Below are positions 50,338 through 63,575 of a DNA stretch of 64,000 nt, in pieces. A model generated the notes under the pieces. It made no database searches and was not told the origin of the DNA. It saw only the letters and a list, made by a program, of their open reading frames with translations. How positions within the stretch are numbered: position 1 is the stretch's first letter; the number at the start of each line of letters is the position of its first letter. Source of the stretch: Styela clava (lineage: Eukaryota); NCBI RefSeq assembly GCF_964204865.1, contig NC_135263.1, forward strand, positions 14,756,001 through 14,820,000, in the 5' to 3' direction. A program made the position numbers and the translations under genes.

Positions 50338-52125
50338 CGCTGTCGAAGAGAACGTGGCATGCCAATATGTGAACATATGTGAAGGGTGCCAAACATTAGC
50401 CGCCTTGCTTTACCACGAGAAAATAATTGTATTTTGCCAAGAACATCATCGTTGACCGATTCACTGGGACTGGTTCCGCATACAATCAGACGTCTCATTC
50501 TCTCTGCATGACATTAGAATATTCAAAAAAGTACAACCATGCTTTCTGCTACCCATAGGAACTTCCTTAACATTGACTAATTGTCAAATGTGATGTAACA
50601 ATCGAAACATTTGCACGCTCATATCCTTTTCAGTCGGACCAAAGAGAATACAGTATATACTCATTGATCGGACAGATTTTCATTTTAACTATATATTTAT
50701 GAACGTTGGCAATTTCAGACACAAAATGAAAATGGAAGAACCTCGGGCAAATTCACTTGTGAAATAGTCCATCAACTTCAAAATCTTGTGTATATAACAA
50801 AAAAAAATTATTTTAAAATCCAATTTCAATTTTCAAAATCCAATGGCCTACATTCAGTTTGTATGTTGACACCAAGTACCTAAAATTGGTGATGACCCCA
50901 ACAGCAATTTTTTGGCCCTGAACACTCAACAATTTGAAATAAAAGGTTTTCAGTATTTATTAGCGGAGATAAATATTCCAATGGAACATATAGTTTAACT
51001 TATAAAGCCTGTGATGATATTATAAATACATGTTCCATTATTACTGTATAATAAGAAGCCATTTCACATTATCAAGTTTATCCTGTCTCCCCATGTCTCA
51101 GATGGAAGACGTTTTCATTTCTCATCGCCTTTGATTCTTTTTTTTTTATCAATGCCGTATATGTTAGCATCTAAAGCTTGACTGATTCTAATAACTCTTT
51201 CATTGTTGTTTAATGAAATATCCAGGACTTGACTTTTTTCATGATAATAGATTTTCAAGGTTTTCCTTTTTTTCACAAATCAAATATGTTTTGTATTGAA
51301 CCATTTTTTCTTACTTTAAATATCACATGTTTGAACATGTTCCACTGATTTGTCATTAGCTGGTAATTTTCACTGTACTTGCTAGATCAGGGTGGTCCAA
51401 GGTTGTCAGCCTCGCGGGCCACACAATTATTTTTGTATTGTTTGCGGGCCACAATAGTGCCAAGAATTGGTGAACAGTGCAATACAAAACAAACACTTTC
51501 ATTGTCCAAACACATTGATCGGTATTTGTCATTTATCAAGCTAAAACATGCAAAAACTACCAAAAAACTCACTAAGGCGTACAAAAATTTCACTATATCC
51601 ACATTTAGTGTAAGATTTCAAACTCATAACTGAGAAAGGGGAAAATCCCGTTTTAGATTGTCTGTTTGAATTGGTCAGCTTTGTCAGCTATTTTCATTGA
51701 TATTTAGTTATCAAGCATAGCCAACCAAGGCTAATATATTTCTCATTCGATTTTAGTTTTCTATGAAGCCTGTTTTGTTAGCATATATTTCCGACGAAAA
51801 ATAAAAGACCATTTAACAATTTAGTCTAGCCAAGCACATTATTCAACTTCGCCAGTTGATATCTTGCTTGTTGATATCTTGCAGATTAGTTAATGTTACG
51901 GGAGAAGCCAAGGAAGTCGAGGCTCTGAAAAACATCTATTATTTTTTGAAAAATACCAACATGCCGCGGAACGCGAAGTAACGATTTGCCGATCAAAAAT
52001 CTACGCTTGACCGCACTCTGAAGCACGTGAGTAATTTTTTGGCCGACTTTTTTTTGTTTATGACGCGGTCTCACGTCTCGAGTGCCATCATTTGCCTGCC
52101 ACGTCTCATTTATTTCGATACGAAT

Positions 52126-55100
52126 ATGGCAGAAAATGAGAATTCGGATACTATTTCAGTCACGGAAACGTGAGTACAAACACTCATTATTTTTTTAATT
52201 ATTGCTTTAGTGTTTCCATTGAAACAACATGAGTTCATGACTGTTACTAAGTGATATTTTGATTTGGAATCTACTTTGCTCATCGGCGCCATTTTGAATA
52301 CTGACACCTTGCCACTAACTTCAATAGGCGTCTCGCTTTGCAAAAATGCTTTGCTGCATTGACGATGTGTGATTGTATTTTATTGGAGTGTGTTTTTGGT
52401 GTCGTCTGGTCCAACTCCAGCTGGACCAGCAATAGAAAGAAAATATTAAGGAAATATTAAATCCTTATTAATAATAAGGATGGTGATGCGTAATGTGCTG
52501 AACTTTATTGTATTCCTGTATAAACACATATTAAAAAAGAAGGGGGGGGGGGGGATTGAAATACTTAACTTACTTAGTTTAGAAAATCATAGGAATAATG
52601 GAAAATATGTTAATTTATTAAAATATATTACGCCAATGTTTTTAATGTGAATTCTTTTGAAAATATGTAAACAATATCCTTGTTTTGACCATACCCTATA
52701 TTACAGACTGAGTCATGTTGAAACTGTTCCAGTAGTTACCGAAACGCAATCTACTACACTGTCATCAGAACAACCAAACACAACAGATGTTACAATAGAT
52801 GACCAAGTGAAATCTGAAATTACAGTTTTGCCAGGAGTCAGGTGATAAGTGAATTTTTTGTGTATCATTTATTTTTAAATGTTGTATAAAGTATGATGTG
52901 AAATTCGTCAAATAAAAATAATCGAATACTTTGATTAAATGGCAGAAATTTCGGATACATTTCTTGAATTTTTTACTTTTCTAAACAATCTGCCCATTGC
53001 TTCGTTGTACTGCAAAAGTTGCTCATGTGGCGTAGATGTTTTGTGCAACAGCCAATTACTGATTTGTGACATGTTTTCTAATATCGCAATTGTGCGGTTG
53101 TATTGAATTTGTTGTGGATCAAATAAAACTGAATATGCTATTAATTTTGCACACTGTGGTTGAAGAATATTTTTATGGAAATATGGGAAAAATATAATTA
53201 TGTGTTCATTTTTAAGACACTCATTCTTCAATGAAGGTTTCAGAAATTTTCAACTCAACGAGGATGTGATTTTTTTAGCTTGTCCATGGGTTCCATTTCA
53301 TTTGAACCCACGTACATTTGAACCCACGACAATTGCACCTGCGTACTATTGCACCTATAGACATTTTTTTACGGATATTTGTGCCCCTACTAACCCTGAC
53401 CCATGGATTTTAGCACCCTCGTATAGATTGAACCTGCGGATATACGGGTGCAAATGTATGCGTTCAAAGGCACGGCCACCTCATTTCTGCATTTTGTTAT
53501 TGCTTGTGCGAACTATCTATCGATCATCATTGAAAATTTATATTTTCTGATCTAAATTTTTTCTGATAAAAATGTACTATTGTACAGGAGTTATATTGAA
53601 GAGGCGAATCCGGATAGATCATGTCATTTTACACACGATTTCGAAGAAATTCTTGAAGCATCTGATAAAGAAGATTTAAGTTGCATATATTGCACTGACT
53701 ATGTATCTTGTGACATAGATCATTTTAAGAATCATTTGTTGAGAGTACATTACACATTTGCATACAATTATATGCTTGATGAACAGAATGGTAAGAATTT
53801 GAATTTTTTTCAACATTATATCATGTATCGTGTTCCATTTTCCTGTAGATATTGTTCATTAACATATTATCTATTGAAGCACAGACCGTATATTTCGTGG
53901 TCATTTCGTTTTAAAGTTGCGTTAAGTAAAGTGGATTTTTTTGTATAGTTGATTACAAATACATATTCTCAGCCCAATCTTTATCATTTTATGTTGACAA
54001 TTTATATGACAATTTTTGAAATAAGACGACAAATAGGTTATCTTGACCTCTCTCATAAGTAAACAGTTTCTTTTTCTGTTACAACTTGGTTGCATATTTT
54101 CTTGTATTGTTGGTTTCCATTTAGTTTTGAAGTGTGAACTTATTCCCTTGCATGTATAAGTTATTATCAAAAATTTCATGAAACTAAGATACTTCATCTT
54201 TGTAGAAAAATGTTTGATAGTGGTGACTACAAATTAAACCCTCATCAATATGTGCCTATTTATAGCAGTCATTTTCATATTTCCTATTATGTTCAAGTAA
54301 TTCACATGCATGTAAATGTCTATTTTTTGTTAACTCTTGGTAATAAATTTGATTTTCTTTTTTAGTCTGTGTCTTGCCATGTAGAAGGGCTTGTATAACT
54401 CGACCTAAGCAAGGTAATCGAAGTCATTTTCATTGTCCATCTTGTGGCAGAACATATGGAAGAAAGCCTGCTCTCGCACATCATGTTGAATCTTGGAAAG
54501 GTCCGTTGTCTGTGTGAATTTTTAACCAAATTTAGATGGTGGATTTGGTATACGTTTGGTATCGTTCAAAGGGTGTAAGGATTTAGTAAGTCTGTGACTC
54601 CGGGAATTGAAGAAGTTTAAATTATGTATTTTTTCAAGGGGCACTATTCAACACAGTTGTCAGTTGTGTTATTCTTTTATATCCACCCTTGAGCCATTCA
54701 GTTCAATTTTATTCACTAAAGTATTGTTATTTCATTGATATCCATTCAATTAATACATACCACAATATATGGTAAATTAATAGTTTAGTGGTTGTACTTA
54801 TGTGTATTGCACTTTTAATTTATCTACTTTGTTTATTTGCAGGTAACTGTTTTCCTTTGGGACAACTGCAGAGAGGTTTGTGTTTTTTGTTCTAACAAAA
54901 TCAATAGGCAATTATTACTTGTTGTTTTAAGGGCTGCTATAACATTTTTATTTAAGATTCATGTTTATGTGGAGATTTTTTTCTAAAAATATCTTGGAGT
55001 GAAGCATTGGAGCGTTACAGCTCTTTGTCCATTTAATATTGCAACAAAGGCAATTCAAGTTCATAATGATGGACGTATTTAAAATGAAAAAAATGAAATT

Positions 55101-56155
55101 TTAAGGCTTTGTCGGCTTTCGATATGTTCATCACATATTCATACATAGTCTGCTTTGAGTCTGTTGGTTTTCGATATGTTCATCACATATTCATACAAAG
55201 TCTATATTCATACAAAGTCTGCTTTAAGTCTGTCGGTTTTCGATATGTTCATCACATATTCATACAAAGTCTGCTTTCCTTGATAACAATTTAGAATTTT
55301 TGTATTTTGAAAATCAGAAAAACCACTCCGAGGGCATCAGCGTTTACGAAACAAGATACACTCATCCAGTGATATTATGGGTATAAAAAATGGAAGATTT
55401 AGTCTAGATCCTCCCAGATCTGCTGCCAGCTTCATAGAGGAACATTTGCAAAATGCCAGGTAACACCAAAGCAAGTATTTTTGCACTTTTTATGAAACTT
55501 TTGACCCCATGGCATTCCACAACTACATAAATATATTACAGTGGAAGTGATGTTGAAATTCAATATGGAGACTCGTCACCTGAAACTTCTTATACAGTAG
55601 TGGTGGAGAATGGAGGTTGGTCTTCTACTTGCCAGATAGAGTTCTTTATTAACAATATTTCTTTTTAACAATATTTTCACTTTACTTTTTTTAAGAGTTG
55701 GATGAAGAGACATCGCCTGCGAAACGAAGCAGATTATCAGATAACTCTATTCTTGACATGTCTGTATGTCATTTTATTTGTTTAAAACCTGTGTATCAAT
55801 AATTGATCTTTTTAAATAGATATACGTTAATCTGATTTAATATTCATACCTGATTCTATCGAAGCTCAGAACATTAAATTATAATATTGAAACTGAACCA
55901 CCCCAGTACTAGAGAACTATCACTGAATGAGTAATATTTTTCATTTTAACACAGAGTGAACCAAGACCTCATGGTGCTGTGAAAATGTATTCAATGTCTG
56001 CGAAGAAAAACCTTTCAGATGCTGATGATGAGGCTGCAACCTATTTTGGGAAAACTGTGTCATCAAGAATTCGGGGTTTAAGTGGAAAGAAACGTGCGGA
56101 AGCAATGCAGAAAATAATGCAATTGCTTTTTGAAATTGAATATGCAGACATTTAA
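52126..56155 (+). CDS. Uncharacterised nuclear-type protein with two zinc-finger-like motifs and a C-terminal BESS-like motif; 9 exons, 344 aa
   Basis: Phase-consistent GT-AG exons: 52126-52169, 52707-52841, 53588-53790, 54366-54500, 54843-54875, 55318-55459, 55542-55615, 55696-55763, 55955-56155 (TAA); 1035 nt open frame. Motifs: C2H2-like CIYC...HFKNHLLRVH; CRRAC...RSHFHCPSCGRTYGRKPALAHH; NLS-like SPAKRSR; BESS-like DDEAATYFGKTVSSRIRGLSGKKRAEAMQKIMQLLFEIEY. Confidence 0.8.
55110..55277. repeat. Imperfect tandem repeat, about 3 copies of 52-69 bp
   Basis: TTTCGATATGTTCATCACATATTCATACA occurs three times in an intron of the ZnF-BESS gene. Confidence 0.85.
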
Positions 56156-58223
56156 CATTTTTGAAGATCGGAAATGTAGCAGAAAATATGGTACAGTAGA
56201 GCGTTGAAGACACTAAGGTGGTGCTCATATTAAGAGATGCCTGCTTGCCATTGTGCGGCTGTTTATTGCTGTGATAACTGAAGTGTATTTTTTGATTAGT
56301 TGTTGACAATGTTTTTTTATAATGTGATATTAATTAGATATTAGTGTTGACTTTGAACTCTATTTTGAAAAAATAACACTGAACTCTGTTTTTTTTGAGA
56401 AAAATTACGATTTTTATATGAGTATATTTGTTATGAAAAAAAAAAAAATTTTTTTATGCTTAAATGTCTATGCTTTCAAATAGGTAATAATTGCAACACT
56501 TTGTATTTCTGAGATACCTCGTGAGAGTGTGGTACTGGCATTCACCGCTTGTTGCCCCTTGGTGTATCAATGTTCATTCATTGAGATAGATCGGAAAGAG
56601 TTAGGATTTTGGGGATATTGATCAGCGGAATAAATTTGACACAGGGGCAAATGTACATTGGTGCAAACGTCTGTATGTTGAAAGGTCCATTGTTCCAAGT
56701 GGGTGTAATCTATATACCAGTGCTATAATCTCTAGGTTCAAAAATGCCCTGGGTACAGATGCAAAGATCATGGAGCCATTAAATGGGTAGAACAGATCAA
56801 ATTAAAAAAAAAATCAGTTTTTACGGCTCGTTAATCAACATACAGTAAATGATAAATAATTAAACATGAATGTCCTTAACAAAAAACAATACATACAATA
56901 CTGAGTTTAAAACACGCAGACAAAATTATCTTGGATGATTAAAAAATAGAACAGTCACCTGTTTTTTCGTCCACAAAGGAAATGTAAAAGCACATCCAAT
57001 CTTTCACAAACCCTTTCAGGTCCGAAAAGAAACGTATTTATATCAAAAGAGCTAGAATTACATGAACTAACTACCGGTAACACCCACTGAGAATACTGGC
57101 TAGTTTTGAGGCTTTTCCTATCAAATATTGGTGAGAAAACTGGGAATGTTAAATAAACCTATCTTATCTAAACAAGTCTGGAGAAAACAAAATGATTTTG
57201 TAGAACCGTAGTGGAACAAGTATGAAATGCAATTTGATGACCTTTGAACCGTGAGAATTTAATCTTTTTGTTTCCGGAAATAAGGCTCCGCCGTTGTCAT
57301 GTCAAAGTGACGCTCAGGTCGTTTCAGTGTTTTGCTTTTCCCATCTGATGAAGTTTGACACCGGTAATTGGTGAAAGTCGCCTAAGTCTGTTTGACGAGA
57401 AATCGTTGATGAAAATGAGTAGACCATGATCAATATTATATTTTTGAGTGGAATACTTTGAAAAGTGGAATACTGGAGTAGTGAAATCCTGAACTTTTAG
57501 CAAATACAAGAGCAAATTCAGAAATTATTTGACTTCGTACCAAAGCATCAAAGCGAGGATCACAAGGCGGGCAGGTAGGTAATGCAAATCAAATTTGTTG
57601 AATTTAAACTACCAATACACACATTATAATTTTTGTCAAGGATTATATTTTCATTGAAACTGTCGGGGACGAAAATAAATAAATATAATTTATGTATGTG
57701 CAGATGTATGGCACAACCTCTTTTACTTAAGTGCCTGCATTACATTGTTATGAAAAGGTTTACTGTCACTAGTGACATCGAGGTCTTTTATAAGCTTTAT
57801 TTGATTAAAGAATTGATTTTGTTGATATAACTCATTAACCTAATAAACATACATACATAGATACTTGCGTCTAAAACGTGTAACAAATTTTCAATTTGTC
57901 CCTTTGAAATTATCGAATATAACCCCAATCCTTAACTGTAAACCTTAATTTTCGACATAGCACCTATAATTTTCCATCGGGATAAAACAATGTCTTCCTA
58001 TTCAAGGGACAATGAAATCATCAATATCTTTAATGTAAACTAGGTCAATTCATAAAACTTTACAAACAATGTTGAATGAAAATTTCAGATTCCAAATTTG
58101 GTTGATTCCAATTGTAATGATGTGAAACTGTAATAAATTTGACAGACTTTCTTTCTGTCTTAGAGATATGGATGGATGTTTACAACTAAAACTAGGGAAA
58201 CCTATACGTCTTTTTAGAAAAAC

Positions 58224-61200
58224 ATGATTCATTATGAAGTATCATGCAGTGAAAAAGTGAAAAATCTTGAAAAATCATTGTCAAAGGAGCTGAAAGAATT
58301 GAAAGATGAAATTGAAGAAACTGATATGCTGTATGGAAACTGGTCAAAACCTATCAGGTTGAAATTATTTTTTTTTTTATTAAAATATTTTTACATAAAA
58401 AACAGTAGTCGAGAAGCGCCTAGCTTTTATAAAAATCCTAATTAACAGGGGTCGCAACGGGCAAGCTTAAAAGTTTGGGAAGCCCCGATCTATATTATGA
58501 GACAAATAAACATACATGCATATATACAGTATAATAGGCTTAAGAATATGGCTCCAGTCGACTTAACTATGCTTAGGAATATGACAATTCATTCATAATT
58601 CAAAGTACTGTTCGTGCTATAAATAGTTTCTGATTTGTATTTTTCAAAAGCTCTGTTCTTCTACCAAAGAGTGTTGATTATTACAAAGAGGAAAGAAGAA
58701 TAACTATTGCGAAAATATTGGATGTAAGTGATGCTCCATCTTTGAAAAACCAAGGGCAGATCATGATTAAAGAACTTGAAGCTTCATTAAAATCTGATAT
58801 TACGAATGAAAGCCTTCCTCTCCTTCTTCACCAGGTGAATAATTGGACCTCCAGAAGTATGCGCACCAAGATGGCGCACAACCTGAACACAGTATGTGTG
58901 TGTACTGGTTAGGATCCAGGTTGCGCGACATCTTGGTGCGCATACTTTTGGAGCACCCAATAATTTATATTTTTTTAAATGCTAATTGGTAATAACCTTC
59001 GAGATTTGTTTAATGGACTGAGCGAGTGGGTGTCGTGTCTTGGCCTTAGTGATTTGAACCTTTGAACTGATGATATTATCATTGCTGGACGAAATTCTCA
59101 GTCCCAAAGACCACCACAGCATATTAAATTGGTTTATGATGCTAAACCAAAACTTGTCTTGTCCGATAAAAAAATTCAATTCTTACATATTAAACACTGC
59201 TTACACAAAGCCTAGTTTGAGGTGGAAATGTGGAAGGCTGCCAAAACGATATTGCTGTGCAAGAAACTAAACTCAAAGTTATTAGATTCAGCAACTTTGC
59301 TGTACATTGGGATATTACATGTGTGCATGCATTATTATGACATCCCTTCAAATTATTTTCAACATTTCAATGACTTTGCATATTTATGATGAACGAACTT
59401 AATTCATATTCGCATTTACTTTGGATATTGTTGTAGTTTTCTGTGATATTTAAATATACTGTGCTATTTTTGTATTTGCCTATGTTTGATTTGCTGTTTT
59501 ATTTTATATGGACCACGATGATCTGGTGTAGTGAACGAATCAAATTAATTTTTTACTCGCAATAAAATTAATTTTGAGTAATGGTTGATTGGAATACCTT
59601 TGGAATTAGAATTTGATATTTTCTGTCATATCATATTATCGCATTCAATGATCATCATTGGCCGTTTTGATTCACGTTCGGAAAATAATGATGAAAATAA
59701 TTATCTTAACCCCATGATTGTTAAGAACGTATTAAGAAGGACAAGTAAAGAAAGATCGTCATTTATTTTTGCGAATATTTTTTCTGTTCACTGCAAAGAC
59801 TTTAGGTAGTCAAACAATATGCATAAAATTGTTATTTTTGTTCAATGGAGTCGAAGTTTATATTAATTAACTTTTGATATTGATGATCAAAGAATGGAAT
59901 TACATTTTATAAATTTTTTCCATCAGTTCTTCTTGGATCGTATGCAATCACTCGTACAATGCAAACACCTTCATTTACTGAGATGGAGACGGTTCTGTGA
60001 ACATACAGCTGCAATAGAACGATTGTATTCTGATTATTGTAAAAGATTAGAAGCCATTGATTTAGAATATAAAGATGCAAAACACAGAGCATTCAGACTA
60101 TCATCTGCTCATACTTCATTCATTAATAAAGATACCAAAGCAATGGACAGGTGAAATTATATCAATTTAAAATGTCACTAAGCAACTGAATTATTATGTG
60201 GACAAAAACCCTATTTTGCCCGTATAGAAAGTTTTTTGTGGCTAACCCCATTGTGTCTTTTAATTATAATTTTTACTTACAAACAAAATTGTGTTTTTTA
60301 TTAGATTATCATGATTTTCACCACACTCGAAAATGCTTCCCTATTCCCTATTTTTTTAAAAACCAATCAGCATTAATAAGCTGTACCATTGTTCTGATTG
60401 ACTATTATTGGATTCTAAAAACCAATTTATATCAGGCCGAGCGAAGCCGAAATGGAAAATCTTTTTTTTTGAAATGCATGTGAAATATTTATGTGTAGCT
60501 CACCTTAGCAGTTCGAGATGAGCCTCATCGGATGACACTGCTCGCTTCGGCAAGCCAAGAAATACTTTGCGCATCGAAGTTACTTGGTACTTTGATTCAA
60601 CAAAAATTCAACAAAAATTGTTTTAAATTGTCTCATCTCCTTTGTAAGAGCTATAGTCAGACTTGTTGAATCTTCAATGTGACTGAAATCCCATTAATTC
60701 AATGAGTAGCTTTTATATATCCGTGTTCACTAGTAGCCTCGTTTGGAGTGAAGGCGGAAATAGGATGTAAAAAAGTTATTTTTTCATATTTTAGTGTCGA
60801 AAGTGAAGATATTGCGATATATTTACGATGGTTAATAACTAATCTTCGATGTGTCAAAACGTTTTCTTCATATTTGAGAATATTACAATGGATTCCAGTA
60901 ATTCATCGAAATACAATTGATCCAGCTCTCGGAACTCAAGTGAAGCCCATCAATGATGTACGTATCATAACTTTATGAATGGTCACCACTGACTGACTGT
61001 TGACTGTTGATTTTTTGAAAAGCAATCACTCAATGATAATTTCCTTCAATTGTGAGCAGTGCTCAAATATGGAAACGAATGTTAAATAAATAATATGGCC
61101 ACCGGAACATTATCAAAATTCAAACTAAAAAATTTTTACAAAATGTTGTATAAAATGAGAATTGTGCAGCATGTCATAACAAGATGTTCGTTTGTGAAAT

Positions 61201-63575
61201 TGAAAATCCTGAGGAATTTGGCGTGGATTATCAAGTCATGTATGACTCGAAGATATTTTAAATTATAAATTAAAGTAGGCCCTAGTAGAGTTTTAGCTTC
61301 CCATCTTTAATTGCTAAAAATCTTAAGCTGATTTGTCCATTGGGTATGAAGATAGGTGATTTTTCCAAAATAACAAACAAAATCTATGTTGGCAGAACAA
61401 TCCATCCAGGTATTCTTTGTGTCGGATAAAGTACCAGGAGAACACTAGACATTAAAATATCATGATATTTCTTGTCAATATTTGGGATCGAGACCTCTAT
61501 ATCACTATCGTTGACTTGTTTGAATTTGGGCCTAAAATGCAACTTTATACAATTCATGAATTGATTGCTTTATCCCATAAAAATTAATAATTGACCCAAA
61601 CCAAATATATATCTTAAGGGGAAAAAGCTGATAAAACAAATAGACTCGATAAAACGATTAGTGAAAGAAGTTGTAAACCATCAACATTTACATTAAAGCT
61701 TTCTATGAGTGCCAGTAGTCTAGCATTCCTTTTGAATATAATATTCCCACACTGGTTTCAAATGTGCAAATAAAAATTTTGTTATTGATAGGGCCTGAAG
61801 CAATAACTGTTGAGTCAATTTTCAGTCTCAACTTTGACTTAGGAACAAAAACTTTTTAAGTTCTGATTGTTTTCTTGACTTTCCCATATATTACACAATG
61901 CTTTGTTTTAGAGCTTTAAGTGTCTTCAAGTTTAGTCATGTTGAAACTGAACAATTGAGTATGTATTTGTTTTGTTGTTTGAAGTGTACTCGACCCTTCT
62001 ATTTGAAAAATCGTCTCAACTTTTATAAAAAGTAGTTTGTCAAAGTAGTCTTTAAAAGAAAGTGAAACTACTCACTTTTTTAGATTTTGATTTATTTATA
62101 TTTCTGAACACAATTCATTAAAATTATTACTTTTTTATTGTAAATTTTTTTTTTTTCATTGCATTATATCATTTTTATTGATAATACATCACCTAACACA
62201 TGATTTGAAAACCTGGATGAGCTACCTTTTATCAGAAAAATCCAAATTTGAGTAATCACCCTTTCTATTTGGTTGCTTATACATAGCCTTGTATAGAGAG
62301 AATGCATTCTATGATAAAACAAACAAATTATTTCTTTTTCATAAAAAAGCCAATTGTCACTTGTAAAATTTTTGAATCATATTCTCAATTAATCTATTCG
62401 ATATATTATTGATATAATTAATGTTGAAACACTTTATGCATAGGTCGAAGTTGTGGAAAGTGTGGGGATTGACACATCACAGACATGGAGACATATGGTT
62501 GGGACATCATCAGAATATTCTGTTCCATCATCAGCTTCTCATCCTTTACAAACTAGATCTGGAGGCCTTGATAAAGCTTTCACAGGTAATTTATATTTTG
62601 AAATGGTTGTTCCATGATAAATTCCATCAAGTATTTGCTTGGTTCATTGCAGTGAGTTTTTTAAATCTAAAGATGTAGTCATTAAGGCCCACTTTTCGCT
62701 GTCAGCAATGTGTTTGGTTTTCGAGTGAAATCTATAAACGATTTTCTTTTCTTTCTCCCATAGGTTTCAGTCCCTTTATTACACAACTTAGTGTAAAATA
62801 GGCGAACAAAATTAGTTACCTCCATATTGGTACACATACTTCTGGAGCGCCAAAATTTATAATCATTCTGATTTTTATTACAGAAAGTAAATACGACGTA
62901 AGTTCGAAAAGTTTGCAATTTTGCCATGGTCTGATATAATTACTTCTCTGAAACACTTATTCTAATAATATTTATCTTTCATTCAAAAAACAGGATTCAT
63001 ATCTAACGAGCTTACTCAAGGAATTCCTCCTCACTCACTCGAGTTATCCGATTTTCGAGATCATCTCGAGGAATTGGCGAGCGAATATGGAATCACAATT
63101 CGGACTGATCTTGCAACTTCAGCCGACGAAATGGAATTATTTGGTGCGGTAAATCGACAATTCAAACGATTATTCAATACACAAGAGGAATGCCGAACTT
63201 TTTATCAGTATGATTGTGCACCTGAAGGTATGTAATTTCTTTGTTTTAAGCAAGTTTATTAATGACAGTGCACGGCGTGTATGTTTATTAAGAAATGGCC
63301 GCCAACATTTTGTAGGACTATAATTTTTTTGCAATTATATATCAATTTCCCCTTACCTGAAATTTTATTTCTTTTCATGAATCTGCATTTAAACTATATT
63401 TAATTTTAGGAAATGAACATTGGGGTATTGATTCACCTGTTCATTGCTTGCTTAAACCTTGTAACTGGACTTCACACATCAATATTGTTCCACATATGAA
63501 TGCATTGCAAGAAAAACAAATGAAAAGATTGAAACAAGCAAATAGTATGGATGAACTACTTGCGTCTCAAAGCAG
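58224..63575 (+). CDS. CCDC162: CCDC162/C6orf183-like (DUF4549) protein, first 7 coding exons; continues beyond window
   Basis: Exons 58224-58357, 58651-58834, 59927-60150, 60795-60957, 62444-62585, 62994-63227, 63410-63575, all phase-consistent. Peptides SEKVKNLEKSLSKELKELKDEIEE and ESLPLLLHQFFLDRMQSLVQCKHLHLLRWRRFCEHT..IERLY..Y.KRL match the recalled DUF4549 family. A probable non-coding 5' exon ends at the donor at 57574/57575 (gcag|gtaggt). Confidence 0.8.
58845..58957. mobile_element. Short foldback MITE related to 38790-39025
   Basis: CTCCAGAAGTATGCGCACCAAGATG mirrored by CATCTTGGTGCGCATACTTTTGGAG; flanks GAATAATT / CAATAATT (7 of 8 match). Confidence 0.75.

Noticed and set aside
51885-52027. 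Extra coding exon upstream of the ZnF-BESS ATG (AG...GTGAGT bounded)
   Set aside because: The frame needed to join exon 2 contains TGA; at most it is a non-coding exon.
53200-53550. 116-aa ORF inside the ZnF-BESS gene
   Set aside because: It overlaps a degenerate repeat (CATTTGAACCCAC / ATTGCACC units) in intron 2 and has no protein-like features.
55941-56309. 122-aa minus-strand ORF
   Set aside because: It is the antisense shadow of the BESS-encoding last exon on the plus strand.
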